Source: Intoshia linei | Lineage: Eukaryota; Animalia; Orthonectida | Reading direction: 5' to 3' | NCBI GenBank assembly: GCA_001642005.1 | Contig: LWCA01000287.1 | Span: 1-33,633, forward strand | Length of the DNA: 33,633 bases | Shown here: in pieces, positions 33,469-33,633 of the stretch | How the letters are laid out: each line of letters begins with the position of its first letter | Numbering within the stretch: the first letter of the stretch is position 1 | The notes under the pieces: model-generated | Told to the model about the DNA's origin: nothing | What the model saw: only the letters and a program-made list of their open reading frames with translations | Database searches by the model: none | Program-made: the position numbers and the translations under genes

Positions 33469-33633
33469 CTAAACGTATAAATAAGGTGTAGAACTCGTGG
33501 TATCGCTCAAATTCAACCAATCAAGTAAACTGTAGTGTTGTCAAATCTAAAAATCTGAAAATACCTTTAATCGTAAAATAACGGATATTTAGAGATAATT
33601 ATATAGATAGAGATGAAGGACCAAAAGAATTTA

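Overview
Very AT-rich, gene-dense eukaryotic (animal) genomic DNA with GT-AG introns, many only 34-45 nt long. The standard genetic code fits. The compact layout and divergent housekeeping proteins suggest a reduced, possibly parasitic metazoan (an orthonectid such as Intoshia would fit); the species cannot be determined from this sequence. Seven protein genes were reconstructed by hand: a GDPD/GDE1-type phosphodiesterase (-, runs off the left edge); a ~1374-aa two-exon Cys-rich surface protein with a signal peptide, CxxC/furin-like and Trp-Cys repeats, a C-terminal Ly6/uPAR domain and a GPI-type tail (-); CCDC186 (-, 13 exons, apparently C-terminally shortened); a heavily N-glycosylated mucin-like type I membrane protein (-); SLU7 (-); SUZ12 (+, head-to-head with SLU7); and the AMPK gamma subunit (-, runs off the right edge). 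Long introns and intergenic gaps are filled with non-autonomous DNA transposons: pogo/Tigger, hAT (Buster-type TSDs), piggyBac, Helitron, foldback-like minisatellite elements and a decayed DD37E Tc1 element. No rRNA, tRNA or CRISPR features were seen. The most unusual object is the giant VSP/i-antigen-like Cys-rich protein capped by a Ly6 domain and GPI signal.
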